A program made the translations under genes and the position numbers. From the NCBI GenBank assembly GCA_017654855.1, contig CM030337.1, forward strand, positions 1,984,001 through 2,048,000: 64,000 bases of DNA, in the 5' to 3' direction. Each line of letters starts with the position of its first letter. The stretch's first letter is position 1. The notes under the pieces were generated by a model that ran no database searches, was not told the origin of the DNA, and saw nothing but the letters and a program-made list of their open reading frames with translations. Source of the stretch: Podospora anserina. Taxonomy: Eukaryota. This document shows, in pieces, positions 36,335 to 50,101 of the stretch.

Positions 36335-36704
36335 ATGAACGGCCGTTCGTCAGAGTTTACTTCTCAGGTACGCTCTCTCAATGAAACACAATCCCTTACT
36401 GTGGGCAGGGGGTATGCCGTGCTGTGCTGGCCGACCCCGCTGTCACCATCGTGGACGTCCATGCTGCCCCTCCACGCAAGAGTCCCTCAGATTCTGTTCA
36501 AGAGGCATTGGGCCGCGACAATGCCAATTGAATGCGCATTTTTTTGATTCCACCTCGAATTGCCGTGTCTGGAAGATGGAGGCTAATGCGTTTGTGTCTT
36601 AGGATTATCTCTCAGGTCCGCATCTCTCCCAGGATATGGCTTGACTCACCGCTCTGTACTGACTAGAATTCCCAGACCATCTGTGGAGAGCCCTGAACGC
36701 TTAA
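36335..36704 (+). CDS. Arginine attenuator peptide (AAP) uORF, 24 aa, three exons 36335-36367, 36603-36615, 36676-36704
   Basis: Spliced translation MNGRSSEFTSQDYLSDHLWRALNA*, almost identical to the Neurospora arg-2 AAP (MNGRPSVFTSQDYLSDHLWRALNA, recalled from knowledge). Ends 76 nt before the CPS-A small subunit ATG. Confidence 0.95.
36642..36648 (+). promoter_or_regulatory. Gcn4/CPC-1 site TGACTCA inside the second AAP intron
   Basis: Exact TGACTCA heptamer. arg-2/CPA1 is a known cross-pathway control target. Confidence 0.5.
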
Positions 36705-36780
36705 GACTTCAAGTCCCGCGCTGCACTAGAATCTTACCCCGTTTTATTTTTTTATACACCAACCCACACTAGCAGTCGAC

Positions 36781-38209
36781 ATGATGTTCACTCGCTTGGC
36801 CGCTCGTCTGCCCAAGACCACGTCGGCGTTCGCCGCCCCCAAGGTCTCTACCCGCTTCCTGTCCAAGGCTGCCGTGTCTGGAAGCAAGGGCAGATCTATG
36901 CCCGGCGTTGATCGCAGAGCCACTGCTGCGGCCTCGGGTGTCGAGGCTACCTTCACTATCAGAGTATGTCTAGTCTAGTTCCAGCATGGTCATGTTGTGT
37001 CTTTCAGAGGCTAACCTTCTAACATAGGATGGTCCCGTGTTCCAAGGCAAGGCCTTCGGTGCCGACACCAACATCTCTGGCGAAGCTGTCTTCACCACCT
37101 CTCTCGTGGGCTACCCCGAGTCCATGACCGACCCCTCTTACCGTGGCCAGATCTTGGTCTTCACCCAGCCCCTGATCGGCAACTACGGTGTGCCCTCGAA
37201 CGAGCGCGATGAGTTCGGTCTTCTCAAGTACTTCGAGTCTCCCCATATCCAGTGCGCTGGTGTGGTTGTTGCCGATGTTGCTGAGAAGTACAGCCATTGG
37301 ACTGCCGTCGAGAGCTTGGGCGAGTGGTGTGCCCGCGAGGGTGTTCCCGCCATCTCTGGCGTCGACACTCGTGCTATCGTCACCTACCTCCGCGAGCAGG
37401 GTTCCTCCCTTGCCAGAATCACCATCGGTGACGAGTACGATGCCGATGAGGACGAGGGTTTTATCGACCCTGGCCAGATCAACCTTGTCAAGCGTGTGAG
37501 CACCAAGGCTCCTTTCGTCGTTGCTAACCCCAACGCCGAGTTCCACGTTGCTCTTATCGACTGCGGTGTGAAGGAGAACATTCTCCGCAGCTTGGTCAGC
37601 CGCGGTGCTTCCGTCACCGTTTTCCCCTACGACTACCCCATCCACAAGGTTGCCGACAACTTCGACGGTATCTTCATCTCCAACGGCCCCGGTGACCCGA
37701 CCCATTGCCAGGAGACTGTCTACAACCTTGCCCGCCTGATGGAGACCTCCCCCGTTCCCATCATGGGTATTTGCCTTGGCCACCAGCTTTTGGCTCTTGC
37801 CGTTGGTGCCCAGACCATCAAGCTCAAGTATGGTAACCGTGCCCACAACATTCCGGCGCTCGACTTGACCACCGGTCAATGCCACATTACCAGCCAGAAC
37901 CACGGTTATGCCGTCGACACCAGCACCCTGCCCAGCGACTTCAAGGAGTACTTTGTCAACCTCAACGACGGCTCCAACGAGGGTATGATGCACAAGACCC
38001 GCCCCATCTTTTCGACCCAGTTCCACCCCGAGGCCAAGGGTGGCCCGATGGATTCCTCGTACCTGTTCGACAAGTACCTCGAGAACGTCAGGATGTACAA
38101 GAGCAGCGCCTCGGTCTACCGTGACAACAGGCCATCTCAGCTCATGATTGACATTCTCAGCAAGGAGCGTGTCGGTGTTGAGCCCACCAAGTTGGCCAAC
38201 GCTGCCTAA
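36781..38209 (+). CDS. arg-2: Arginine-specific carbamoyl-phosphate synthase small (glutaminase) subunit with mitochondrial presequence; intron about 36964-37028
   Basis: [55 protein letters not shown] (catalytic Cys), [16 protein letters not shown]. Basic Ala/Ser-rich N-terminus. Confidence 0.97.
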
Positions 38210-39157
38210 ACTTTTCTTGGTTATTGGGTTGGGTTTTGGGTTCTGGGGGTTATAAGCGTCTTTGATTTTTTTCTCTGGCGGGTTCATGGGCAACAAAAAT
38301 TGTTTTTTGTTTGGTAGTGCTTTTATTGTGCCTAGCGGTATCCACGGCTGCAAGTCAGTTTTGCATTCATTTTACTTTTATAGTGATGCAATGTATCTTT
38401 TTTTTGGATAATTCCATCTTTGTATGCTCAAGCTGAATGTGTCTGTGTTGTTGAACAAAAAGGGATTGGTGTTGACTGTGCCCCTGTCCCCTTTGATTCA
38501 GAACTCAAAACCGACTTCCATCACCTATTGTCTTCTTGTCATGAAGGGTGCTGTTGAGACCCATGACATTCGTTGATCATAGGAAGACACTCAAATCTTG
38601 TCCCACACCTAATGACTTGCGAACACAGACAGAGCCTTCACATGCAAGCGGTGTTTTGAATCCGTATACCTAACCATCACTTCGTGTCTGCATACTTTGA
38701 ACATCATTGGTATCTTTCATTCCCCAGCCCTTTCCCCACCACTCAACTCAACTACAATCCATCTCTACCAGGTAACTCAAAAACAAATACAAACTTGATT
38801 GCAAAAAAACAACCAACCCATCTCCCTTGCCCTTCATCCCAACCAGAAAAAAAAGGCTTCATCCCATATATTTTCCCCTTCCCCTAGAAGACAAAAAAAA
38901 AAAAAAAGATCGTAACCTAAATCCCAAAAATTTCGCTATCCCAATCCAGCCCAACCTTCCCGAACGCGGGTGGGGTGGTAACAGATTGTTTATGCGAGGC
39001 ATGTGCTTGTCCCCGCTGGCAGTCGCCAAACGCCATACAATAAATATCCGAACTTCAAAAACCAAAACAACAAAACATCGCAAAGCCCCGGTAGGTATAT
39101 CAACCCCCCCGCCCCCCCACAAACTAATGATCCCATATGTACTTATCCCCCCTTTCC

Positions 39158-42143
39158 TCACCCACTCCCCTCCTCCCAACTATACCTCTTATCCGCCACC
39201 TGTGGCACATGAATCAACCCATCCCGTCCCTCTATCCGCTCCATGCTCTGCGGACTATTCGGCATGTCATTGTCATCATCCTCCTCTTGCTCCCCCCCTC
39301 TCCCTCCCCTCGGCGGCGGCGGCGGCTGCGGCTGCAACAGACTTATCCTCTGAGGCACCTGTCCCAATCTCCTTCTCTGCTGCTGCTCCCCTTGTGTTGG
39401 TTGTATCGTATTCCCCCCCCTCCCCAAAATCATCTCCCCCGCCTCCTCCTCGGTAAAATTACTCCCCAACGTCTCACTACTCCCATTATTCTCAGAGCGA
39501 TAATGCCCTCCCCCTAACCTCCCCGGCGGAAGCGGCAAAGGAGAAGTCGGCGACACAGGCGACACCCCTCCATCGACCGGCTGCCCGTTCGAGTCAAAAA
39601 CTCTAGTAGTCGGCGTCGGTGGTTGGGGTGGACGTTGAGTAGGCAGCTCGATATGTTCCGGCAACGGTCCCAAACAGACAATCTGGGAGTTGTTAATCGG
39701 TGTTCTTTGAAACGACGGCGGCGGTAACCTCACTGACGATGTCAGCGATGTGGGCGATACCCCATCATTCGAATCCGACCGACTCATCGACACCGACGAA
39801 GGGGCAAACGTCTGAGCCGAGGTCGGGGAAACAGGTGAATAACTCGAGCCAGCAGGGTCCGAAGTCCTGTTGTGGTGGTGGTGGTGTTGCTGGGAAGGGG
39901 GATATAAATGCAACGGCGGCGGAGCAACCGTCATAGGAGAAGGCAAATCAAACATCCTCCCCGCCCAGTCCCCATGCGGCGTCATCGGTGACGGCAACGA
40001 ATTCGGAAACGAGTCGCTATTCGCATACGTCGGCGACGACGCCGGCGAGGGCGTATCTGGCGGTCGGTAATGAGCAACTCGGCTCATGTCCTGCATGGAC
40101 TTTTCTTGCTGCATCACCCCCGTCGGTATCGTCATGTGCGTTGTTGACGTGGGTGTATAAGTCGGCACCGGCCCCCTCATCTGCCTTTCCAGTTTCCGCT
40201 GAGTGAGCTCATATTCGCTCATTCCCTGGGCACTATCTACCCCAACGTCGGTCTCGTCATCCCCAAGATCATGGCTGTCCAGCTCAACCGGTTCTGGCGG
40301 TACAGGCATTTCGTACACCTGGTTTTCTCCGTCTGCCCCAACCTCGACGGGTTGGGTGCTGTTGTTGTGCACTTCGTGAATTTCTGGTTTCCTTGATCTC
40401 TTCCTCCTGATGATCAACGAAAACACCTTCTTGACTGGACTCTGTGGCTCCTCCTCTTCTGTGACGTGAGCCTCGCGTTTGTCCTCGTCTGTCTCGGAAT
40501 TTTGAGAGTTTTGCTTTGACTTTTTCCGACGGCAGCAAAACCATATCAGACCCCCCAAAATACTTCCTGTGATGAAGGCGCTGAACACGATACCAACTGT
40601 CTGGCCAGTCCCCAGTCTGTTATTCGTCCCAGTCGGCACAGGCGCGCTTGTGAATTCCGGGTACGGGCTATCCGGTGGCCTTGCGATGGCTTCAAGTGAG
40701 TAATTGCTCGAGGCCGCCTCGGGAAACAACGCCTGGTGAAGCGAGAACATGCTCTTATCGTAAGTAGTAATGATGTATGCCTCCTGCATAAACGCCCGAC
40801 CAATGATATAGGTATTATTGTTGACCTCGGTAGTCGAACGCTTCAGCGGGAAATACGGGATGCTCGATTCGCCCCATTGAATGACGTTTCTGAAAGGGTA
40901 ACGTAATAACTGCGCAAACGCCGCCGACGGAATCGTGATGTTGACCACGCCCGGAACATTAAACGGTTGCCCAAAGTTGTCGGTGTTGTCAAAGCTCGAA
41001 AGGGTGAAGGTGAAGGACAAAGACTCGTCGTTTTGAAAGCGCGTGTACTGTTCCCCTCCGCCTGCAAAAGTGTACAACCCGAGATCCTCCCTCCATGTTA
41101 GATTGAGAGCATCAGCAAAACGGTCGCATACTTCGGTCGGCAGCCACAGGTACGGTGTGGAAGAGTCGATGAAAGCCTCGATGGAATCATCCATATTGAC
41201 CAACGTCCGACTTGTTGATGTCCAATTAGCAGCCGGGGCCTTGTCCTCGTCTGTGATTTGCGCCGTCACACCACGCAGGCGAACAAGAGGAAGTCGCGTG
41301 ATCGGATCGAGGGCAAAGTTGTTGCCGTGAGGGACGAATCGAAGCCTATCGTACCCCCCCAGAACCAGAGAGGCAACTGTGCCACTGCCCTTCTTGCCAT
41401 CTTGAATAGTGTTAGTACGTGTTGGTGATATCTTTTCCGCACATGACAACTTACTCTCTCGGTAGTAGGCGCCGGCGGTGTACCCATAACTATGACTGGG
41501 AATAGCGCCATACACCTGGGCAAGCTGAGGGATAAAAGGAGTCGAGACATTGGAGCCGAACTTCCCAGGCGTGACACCAAGCCCAATAAAGCCGCTGTAA
41601 TACTGCGTGTCGTTGATGGCGGCCACCAATGTGTTCTCGAGGAGCGTCGACACCGAAGTCAGCGTGTTGACGAACCCCAAGGTTTCCAACCCATAATCAC
41701 CATTCCCCCCCATTCCCGTGTGGTTCATGCCCAGCTTCCAAGCCCCCAATGGCTGCCATGATTCCGACAGCGAGGAGTTGAAGACACCACCCCGAGCATT
41801 GATGCAGATTTGAACCGGATGACAGCCACCGCTAGATATCGTCCAGATTTCCGACAAGGCCGTCGATGGCGTGAGGTAGACAATCTCGGCGGGCGAGCCT
41901 ATCACAAACATAAAATTGGACCATGTACCGTCGATACCATACCTGCCAGCAGTGTCAGCAGTGACTACCTAACGCAGAGGGGAGTCATGACACAAACCAT
42001 TCTCCAGAAGGCTGGATCCAGAGAGGAGCAGCCGGTGGCTTGGTGGCAGCGGCATCGTCAGCAGCAGCAGCAGCGAGTCGTGACGCGGACAGCAGCAGCA
42101 AGATGTCACAGATGACAGCGGTCGAACGACAGGGCAACCGCAT
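39158..42143 (-). CDS. Pepsin-like (peptidase A1 fold) single-pass membrane protein with a long Pro/Ser-rich cytoplasmic tail; introns about 41943-41998 and possibly 41401-41454
   Basis: Signal peptide MRLPCRSTAVICDILLLLSASRLAAAAA, WYGIDGTWS, SHSYGYTAGAYY, SLVLGGYD, FIDSSTPYLWLP, IIGRAFMQEAY, TM segment TVGIVFSAFITGSILGGLIWFCC followed by RRKK. Confidence 0.85.
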
Positions 42144-45100
42144 TGTAGCAGCACCCTACCCTGACCCGATCTGACGGCGCTGGGAAGGGGTGCGCGCGCG
42201 GGCAACGACGGTCTGTCACGAGAGCAGCGGTCCTAGGACATTTGCGACGTCTTCTTGTTGTGCCATGGACTACAGGCCGTTGTTAGTCTTTTTTGGCAGG
42301 CCCGGGCAGGTGAGGATTGGAAGAAGGCAGTGAGTAATGGGTAAGGTAGGTGGGTGGATAGATGGATGGATAGGCTCAGCCGTCGGTAGACAAGGCAAGG
42401 CAAAGGCAGGTTTCACTCAGGGCCTGGGGTAGGGGGCCAACAAGGGGGGAGCAAGACGAGAGGGAGAGTGGAGGATAAGGGAACACACACCCGGTATGCG
42501 GGCGCACCGTGTCTGCGTCTCTGCGTCTCTTCTGCGTCTGGCGGGACGAATGATGAGACGGCGGGAAATAGGGAATGCCAGTCGGAAAACAAGAGGCCAG
42601 CGATCAGCACTGCAGTCGACCCGGCTATGGGGGTCCAACGTGGCCCAGGCCTGTGAGTAGGTTTGAGATAGGTGTTGACGGAGAAAGCGAGAGCGGGTGG
42701 AATTGGCAGCATTGGAATGCCCTGAGGTGGTGGTCCTCCCTTCCTTCCTTGGGTGACATTCTCACCCAGTCCATCATTCTGAAAAGTTCCGTCAGGACAA
42801 AACGAAACCCCCCCGCCTTTCCGAAAGACGGTACACCTAGGACAGCGAAGCGACAGGGGACTGCTAAAAGCGCTGAGAATGCTTAGAATCCTCTAATCCT
42901 CTATCAACAACGCATGCACCCGTCCGTTTGTTCCTCCGAAGTCCCGCACCTAGCCCGGCACTTTTGCTGTGGGAAAGCCGTCAGTTAATTGCCCAGCGAA
43001 ATGATGTCCTCAGCCATGTCTGAGAATCGCGAACCCCGGCACGTGGCTGCGACCGCCGTCAGATCTCCAGGTGGCTGATCTGATCTCGACGACGTCCTTT
43101 TTTCACTCCTTGACAGGGTTCGTCTGATGTGCATGAAATCGTTCTTTCTGTGCCCCCGCCCTGCTCTAGAAACCTCCCCAGCCGAAGCCCCAGATCAGCC
43201 ACTCACAACCGCCAGACTCGCACACCACCGGCCAGCCCGCCCAGAATCCATGATCGATATCGTCACCGCGCCGCTCACGGAGTGTGGGGAAACAACGGGT
43301 GGAAAAACATGGCAGACCTGGAATCCCAATCTTAGCCTCACCTCGGTGGAGCTCTCCAACGAACGCTGGAGCGAGCGCGCCGTTTTTACTGACTAGCAGG
43401 CATCAGGGCACTTGATAAAATGCTCTAGCATCGGACTTCAATTTCTCATCCTTTACGAAGAAGAGAGCATCGTGATACCATTCTGCAAGTCTCACACGAG
43501 AAGAACTCTGTACTCTGTACAACAGCCATTGCCACCACCACCGCCGCCGCCGCCGCCGCCGGGATCGAGATAGGGACCTCGCTTGTGAATCTTGGGAATC
43601 GCAAGTGCCGGACAGTAGCTCGCCTTGGTTTCGGACCCTCACGATTGGGAATTCCTTACTTCAACAGCGAAACAGGCAGCCAAGCTTGAGCTAAAAAAGC
43701 AACCGATCAACTCATGCGTTTCGAGCTAGGCCTATCTTTTATGGACGTGAGGCCCCGGTTCCCAAACTCACTCTCAAGGTTCCACTGGCGGTTATCGACG
43801 ACACACCTCAACCTCCCACACGGGCTACAGCGACAAGCAATGGCTGTTATATTGGTCAAATATCGGTGGCAATGAAGCCCTCCATCCTCACGGACCTCAG
43901 TGCCGCTGTTTGGCTGGCATGAGAGAGAGGAACCGAGGATGCATCAAACACGGCAGAGGCAATCTATTTCACCACTTACAGAAGGGGAGGGGTCACTCTG
44001 GCTAAATTCGATACCACCTATTTTACCGAGCCACCTCGCAACCAAACCTTTCCATTTAGGCCACCAGAGAGTCCGGACCATCCACACCGGCCCAGCACAT
44101 GACGCCTTCTGTTGATTGCTCTCTGCCCACCGCACCGACCACCCAAGACGGCGGCAAAACAATCTCGACATTTGTTGGCGTGGTGCCGGCTCTAGAGGAC
44201 GGCAAAAGCCTGCACGACCTGCCCATCGCGGACTCCGTCAGGCCTGAAGAAGCAGGTTGTCGATGAAGCCGTCACCACCTCGACCTGCGGTGCGTTTTCA
44301 GTTACTGGTGCCCAAACAGGAAGGCGTTTCGTCTTCTCTGGCGTTCAGCCATGCATGCGGCTCACCTCCGGCAGTCACTCGTCATGAACTGCTGGTCAGA
44401 AATGCTGTCGAGCTTCGTCATTCCAGACACCAAGCTCTCACACATCCAAGAAATCTCTGAAACTCTCTCAGCTCAGCTGCTGACTTTGTTATGCATCGGT
44501 CGTTTTTCTACTCTCGCTTGCCCGTGCAGCTCATTGGCTACGAGACGGTCTGCTACCCATTGTAACGTGAGTCGCAAAGGACTGACGGGAATGGGGGAAC
44601 CGTTTTACGTTTTACGCGGTATGGCATTTTTTTGATGTTACTCGGTACCATGGGTCCAAAACCCCCGTTAAACAAACAACCGAGATAACTGGCGGCTCGA
44701 GGCCTCAGACAGGATCCTCTCATTCCAAACACGGTCAGCATTTTGTTGAGACAACTCTGACTGGTTGTACCCTCGCAGATTCAAGACATATGATTGTATG
44801 TAGCTCACAACCCAAAACAGACAGGGCGGGCACAAGCCTCAGCGGAGTTGCGGGAGTCTAGCAGACGCCACAATTCCTCTTGCCAGATATCGAGATGCAT
44901 ATCCCGATTCCCCCTGTCGGCTGACTGGCAGCTTTTCTCGCCGTCTTCTGGCCCCGTGTGTCGAAAGGTCTGTCAATTGCCGAGCTCAGCCAAGAAAGCC
45001 AAGGAGGCCACCGTGGACCCTAGTCAGGCTTCTCCAGATGTCGATCGGCTTTGCACACGTTATCATCCCCACCAGCTCAGCGCTACGGAGGAAGGCCCCG

Positions 45101-46715
45101 AAGGAGAGCATGAACATGATAAGATTGTACCCCATTCTGATGTTTCTGCACGGTGTTGTCAACATCAAACGATACCAAGTTCTATGGGAGAGATAATGAT
45201 GAACGCAGAAGAAAAAGGGGCATATCTAGCTGCCCGGCCGCCTCTGCCTATCGTTGCAGCTGTGGGATCGAGGGTGGGCGGACCGAAATGCCCCCTCTGA
45301 ACCAAAAACCGCGTCTTTTGTGGTTGCAGCAGCGCCATACAGCTGGCTATGAGAGGGTGAGGGGGGGGGGGAAGGGGGGGAACACAGAGGGCGCAGGTAC
45401 GGGAATAACGCAGGCTGCCAGCACGACCAGCGCCAGAGGGCTGCGGAGGGAGTAGAGTCTGGTACTGCCTCCCCAATGTGGTGCTCGGCAGGTCTGGGCA
45501 GGGTGGACTTCGATTCCATCGTTCGGTTACACTGATTTCGGGCTGTAGCTGACATTAAACGAGTCGCCGACCTGGGAGGTTGCCATCCAACTGAGCCAGT
45601 AGTATGCGCATCCTTTATTAACTTGCCCTTCCGGCCCAGCCCGAGCCAGCCATCGTCCCTCTCGTTTTTCCCCGACTCAACCACGAACATGTTGCTGCAT
45701 AATAGATAGCCACCACGCGGAGAGCCTTCCGTTCGGGGGGTGAGAGGGAGGGCTGTTTTGGGAAACTGTGATGGGACGTGGTCGTCGATGGCGACGTTGT
45801 GAGATGTTGGACCAGAGGACAGAAACAGACAAGGCTCGGAACATTTTCTTTTGTTTTCAAGAGCCAAGCATTTTTACCTTATCGAACGTCTTTTCACTTG
45901 AATCAAAACGGTCAGCGCTGGGCCCAAGTCGGTCCAGCCTCTTCTCCTCCCGCGCTCCCGTGTCAACCGGTAGCTGGCAGGTCTGGGGCCAAGAAACTGG
46001 CCAATCGTGGATCTTGACCCGATTCACTCAAGTCCCGTCCCCTCGGAGTGGGCTGGCATGGCTGGCCGAGCAGGGGGGAGAAATTACCCTTGTCCCTCCA
46101 TCGGGTGCTTCGTTGCCCCTTGCTTGTCCATCGGCCCTTGGCAAGCATTTTCACCCCCGGATCTCCCTCTCTCTCTCTCTTCCTGCTTGCCCAGCCTTGA
46201 CCCTCTTGCTCGTCGTGGCTGGCCCGGCAGCTTTCCAAATGATCGTCCCACAGTGTTGTTATTAGGCTCAAACCTAGCGTTGTGGAAAACGGAGCGTGTG
46301 TGAGGAGGAAAAGACCTTTCAATCAATCTTGGATCTTGTGGCATGCCGGGAAGCGATTTACACAGCAATCATTTTGATGCGCGGTGGACAGACGCCGGGT
46401 GGTTGTGTTGTCTCAGGGCTTGGATAATACCCGTCCGACTCCCGAATCCCTTGCAGGACGTTGTGTTTTGTGTTCGATATCCACCCCAGTTCCCGTGGCC
46501 TTTTTCCAACATATCTCGAACAGTGCTGCTTTCTATTCCCCCCTTCGAGGCTCCATGGTTTCAGTGCCCTGATGTCAGTATACCGATACCGCGGCTGAGG
46601 TGCATGGATGAGGTGGACAGGACCCTACATCATCATCACTCAACGATAGATTGGTCCTCGTGGCAAACTGTGAAGCTTTTTTCCCTCAGCATACGACCCT
46701 CCACGATATAGCAGC

Positions 46716-49296
46716 ATGGTTGGGGGTAGGCGGTTGCTGCTTTCGATCGCGGCGCTCTCTGGCGCTGGCCTCAACAATGGAGTTGAAGGTGAGTTGACGC
46801 TCTCATCATGGGTGGTGAGCCTTTTGTTCTAATGGAAGACGAACAGCTCGGTTCAGGAGGCAAGATGGAGCAGGTGTCGATGTCGTCCAGAACGCCACAA
46901 CACCAATATCAGAACCAACAACACCAGTCATCGCATCAACTCCTGATCCACCACCCACACCAATAGACTTGCCTGGCACACCTACTACCTTCACAACCAC
47001 CAAGAAAGTGCCGCCAATAGGGCCGCCTCGACCTGGGGTATCGGCTGCGGGCATTATCGAGCTTGATGAGACCATCGGGGTGGACGATGAGGAGGAAGTT
47101 ACTGTACTTGGCGGGGGTCTTTTGAGGCTGACTGCCGCATCGAACGCGCAGCCTACACCAGCAGAGGAGGAGTATGTGTATCCGGGGGAATACGGCTCAG
47201 GTGGGACGCTGACGACCGACACCAACGCCTTCACACGGACTGTGCTCCCGACCAGGATATCAGTTGTGCCGAATTTGGGGACCGTCAGAGGTCCGCCGCC
47301 AGTCGAAACGACAACATCGATTATATCTCCTCCGATCAGGACGCCACCAACAAGGCCACCTGCCATCCCAGCCCCGGTCGCGGCCCCGCAAGATGGGGTT
47401 CAGAATATTGATCTGGGCGATCCCATGCAAGAGACGCCAGCACCAGAAGAGCAGGAGCCGGAGCCAGAACCGGAACCGGCGCCCGCACCAGCACCCGTGA
47501 TACCAGGTATTCCGGGAGGTGGCCGTCCTGCCGGTCCTCCAGTAAGGACGTCAAAAAGTGTAGTAACGGCAATCGTCACGGAAATCGACCTGGGGCATGG
47601 TAATCCCGCTACCACGACATCTACATCGACGTGGAACGGGTACTCCAACTCGACCTTTGTGACGTCGGTGCTGTACCCCAACCAAACTACACCACATATC
47701 TCTACGCCCACAGCCACTCTTAGCTTTTGCCAACCTTCAGACTTGACTATTCCCCCTACGGTATGGTCGATTGTCTACACAAGCACGCTGACTTGGTTTG
47801 GCAACCCTGAGGATTACACGCCTGAGTATCCCCCCATCTCGACCCCGCCGGTTTCATCGTGTGTCCCGTCACCACCCAGGTTGACCGTCTCGCGATGCTC
47901 GTCTACAAGCACCGGAGAGGAGAACACACCTTGTTTTGTGACGGTCACAGCGTCCACGTCTTATCCCTGGGGCTATGGACCACAGACAAGCACTGTGCCC
48001 AACACTGTCACTTTTGTCACGACGGATAAGAACCCGGCTGTGATTTACACCTCCATGAAGCCACCTAATTATGGTGTTACCCAACCGCCACGGACTCAAG
48101 CTCATCATGAGTCCCTCACGGAAGATGGCGCTGCTTCTCCCATCTCGACGCCGTCGTACGGCTCTGAGCCCAATAATCCTGGCCCTAACAACCCGAGCAA
48201 TCCGAACAACCCAAGCAATCCTAACAACAGCCCGAGCAGTCCAAACAACCCCAGCAATCCCTCCAACCCAAACAACCCAAACAACCCAAACAACCCAAAC
48301 AGACCCCAACCCATCGAAGAGTCCCGCTCAGCAACCATAACCCGCTCCCCGGTAACAGTAATAATTCAACCAACCGCCATCGTCATAAACGACAACACAA
48401 TCAAAGACAACACGACGAAAAAAACCCAAGTCGTCATCGTCTCGGGCGAGACCTTTACGATCGACCCAACAAGGGTGGTAGGCGCAGACACAACCATCGA
48501 CCGCGTCACGGCCACAGGAGGAGGGGTGTACTACCCCCCCACGCCCACCACGACCTCCTTACGTGGCGTAGAAGTAATCCTGACCTCGTCCCGGGTGATA
48601 ATCGGTGGATCAACTTACACCTTCTCCCCCACCTCCACCATCGCCGTAGTCAACGACGAGACATTCACCATCGGCCCCACGGCGATCGCTGCCGGGTCAC
48701 AAACCCTCAACCTCCCTGCTGCTCCTGTTCCGACAGAGGTCGTGGTGGTGGGAGGGGAGCTGATTACTGCCATTGGCCCCACCTTGGCCGTCATCTCTGG
48801 GAGTACGATAACTTATGGTAGCACCGTCTCGACGACGACTATAGGGGGTGATGTCATTACTTTTGGTCCTGGGGGTGTGACGGCGCATGGGACGATCACG
48901 CTTGGGGGGAGTGCCGCAAGGCCGGGGGAGACGCAGTATGTCGTTGCTGGGGGCGCGACTATCACCAAGATTGGGGCGAGCGTGGTGGTGGTGAAGCAGA
49001 CCACGTATACTATCGGGCCGGCGGCGGCGGGGGGGATGGGGGATAGGACGGTTACCACTACTGTTGGGGGGGAGGTGATCACCATTGGGCCGGAGGGGGT
49101 TGTGGTCGGGACGACGACGATGGGGTTTCCTTTTGGGCCTACGGTTGTTATCACGCCCGGGGGGAGGGGAGGGGGGGTTGCTGCTGCTACGGGGGTTGTG
49201 GAGGGGGAGGATGAGGAGGATGGAGGGGTGGCGGTTGGGATCAGCCGGGGGATGTTGTTGGGGGTGGTGGTGGGGTGGTTGGCGTGGATGGTTTGA
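46716..49296 (+). CDS. Secreted or GPI-anchored Thr/Pro-rich cell-surface (mucin-like) protein; intron 46789-46846
   Basis: Signal peptide MVGGRRLLLSIAALSGAG, splice GTGAGT...CTAAT...CAG, then RFRRQD. Thr-rich, Cys-containing segment, NNP repeat, (V)GG(E/S)T(F/I)TIGP-type repeats and a hydrophobic C-terminus. Confidence 0.8.
48170..48300 (+). repeat. Coding tandem repeat (Asn-Asn-Pro / Ser-Asn-Pro)
   Basis: AACAACCCA-type 9-nt units encoding PNNPGPNNPSNPNNPSNP... Confidence 0.85.
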
Positions 49297-50052
49297 GACA
49301 TCCATCCGTCCGCTATTGGGATAGGGAGTTTATGGAGTTCTTGGATTGTTATATCCTGTAGTGTGAACATGAAAAAATGGGGTGTTATGGGTGGCTTTTG
49401 GCTTTTGGCTTTTACTTTTTGGGTTTTTTTTTTTGGTACGATTGGAGAAGTATTATACCCCGGGGATGAATCCAACGGGGGGTGTATTGTGGGAGAAATG
49501 TACAGCTTGACTTGTACAATTGAGATAGGGGAACAGCAGCAGTAGTAAATAGCTGAATTGGGAGGAATGGTATGAAATATTATGGGTTTTAAATGCATTG
49601 TGAGAGCTATACACCGACTGTGATATCTCTGAGGGGAACATGCAATTCTGATACGGCCCGGTTTCTGGCGCCAGCAACATCAAGACTCGAGGGAAAGTAT
49701 TTTGGACTATCAATGGATTAAATCCGGCCTTCTAGAAGTACACCGAAACATGAGGGACTACGTGATAAACAGCAGCCGTCAAACCACATCATCTTTTAAA
49801 CGAAATATTCACAATACCCCCCATTGAACACCTGCCTACCTACCTACATGCAACTCCCTTCGAGAACCCTCCAGCACCTAAAATCAGGGTCAAACCAAAG
49901 GAGGGTACCACCCGGCTCCGACTCCCATCTCCCACGAGCCACTCCATCTCGGCAGTAGTGCAAAATGACACCTCTTCTCATCCCGCTCACACCATGAAGG
50001 ACCAAACCAGCCACACCGCACCACCCACCCACCCACCATCTGTCTACGGTAC

Positions 50053-50054
<2 letters not shown>

Positions 50055-50097
<43 letters not shown>
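50055..50097. repeat. (AC)n microsatellite
   Basis: Uninterrupted AC dinucleotide run. Confidence 0.97.

Positions 50098-50101
<4 letters not shown>

Noticed and set aside
37019..38353. 444-aa minus-strand ORF opposite arg-2
   Set aside because: Antisense shadow of a strongly codon-biased gene; no independent motifs.
46410..46440. TGGATAATAC resembling part of a TPP riboswitch
   Set aside because: The other conserved elements (CTGAGA, GAACTTGAT, CAGCG) are not in the right arrangement and there is no thiamine gene nearby.
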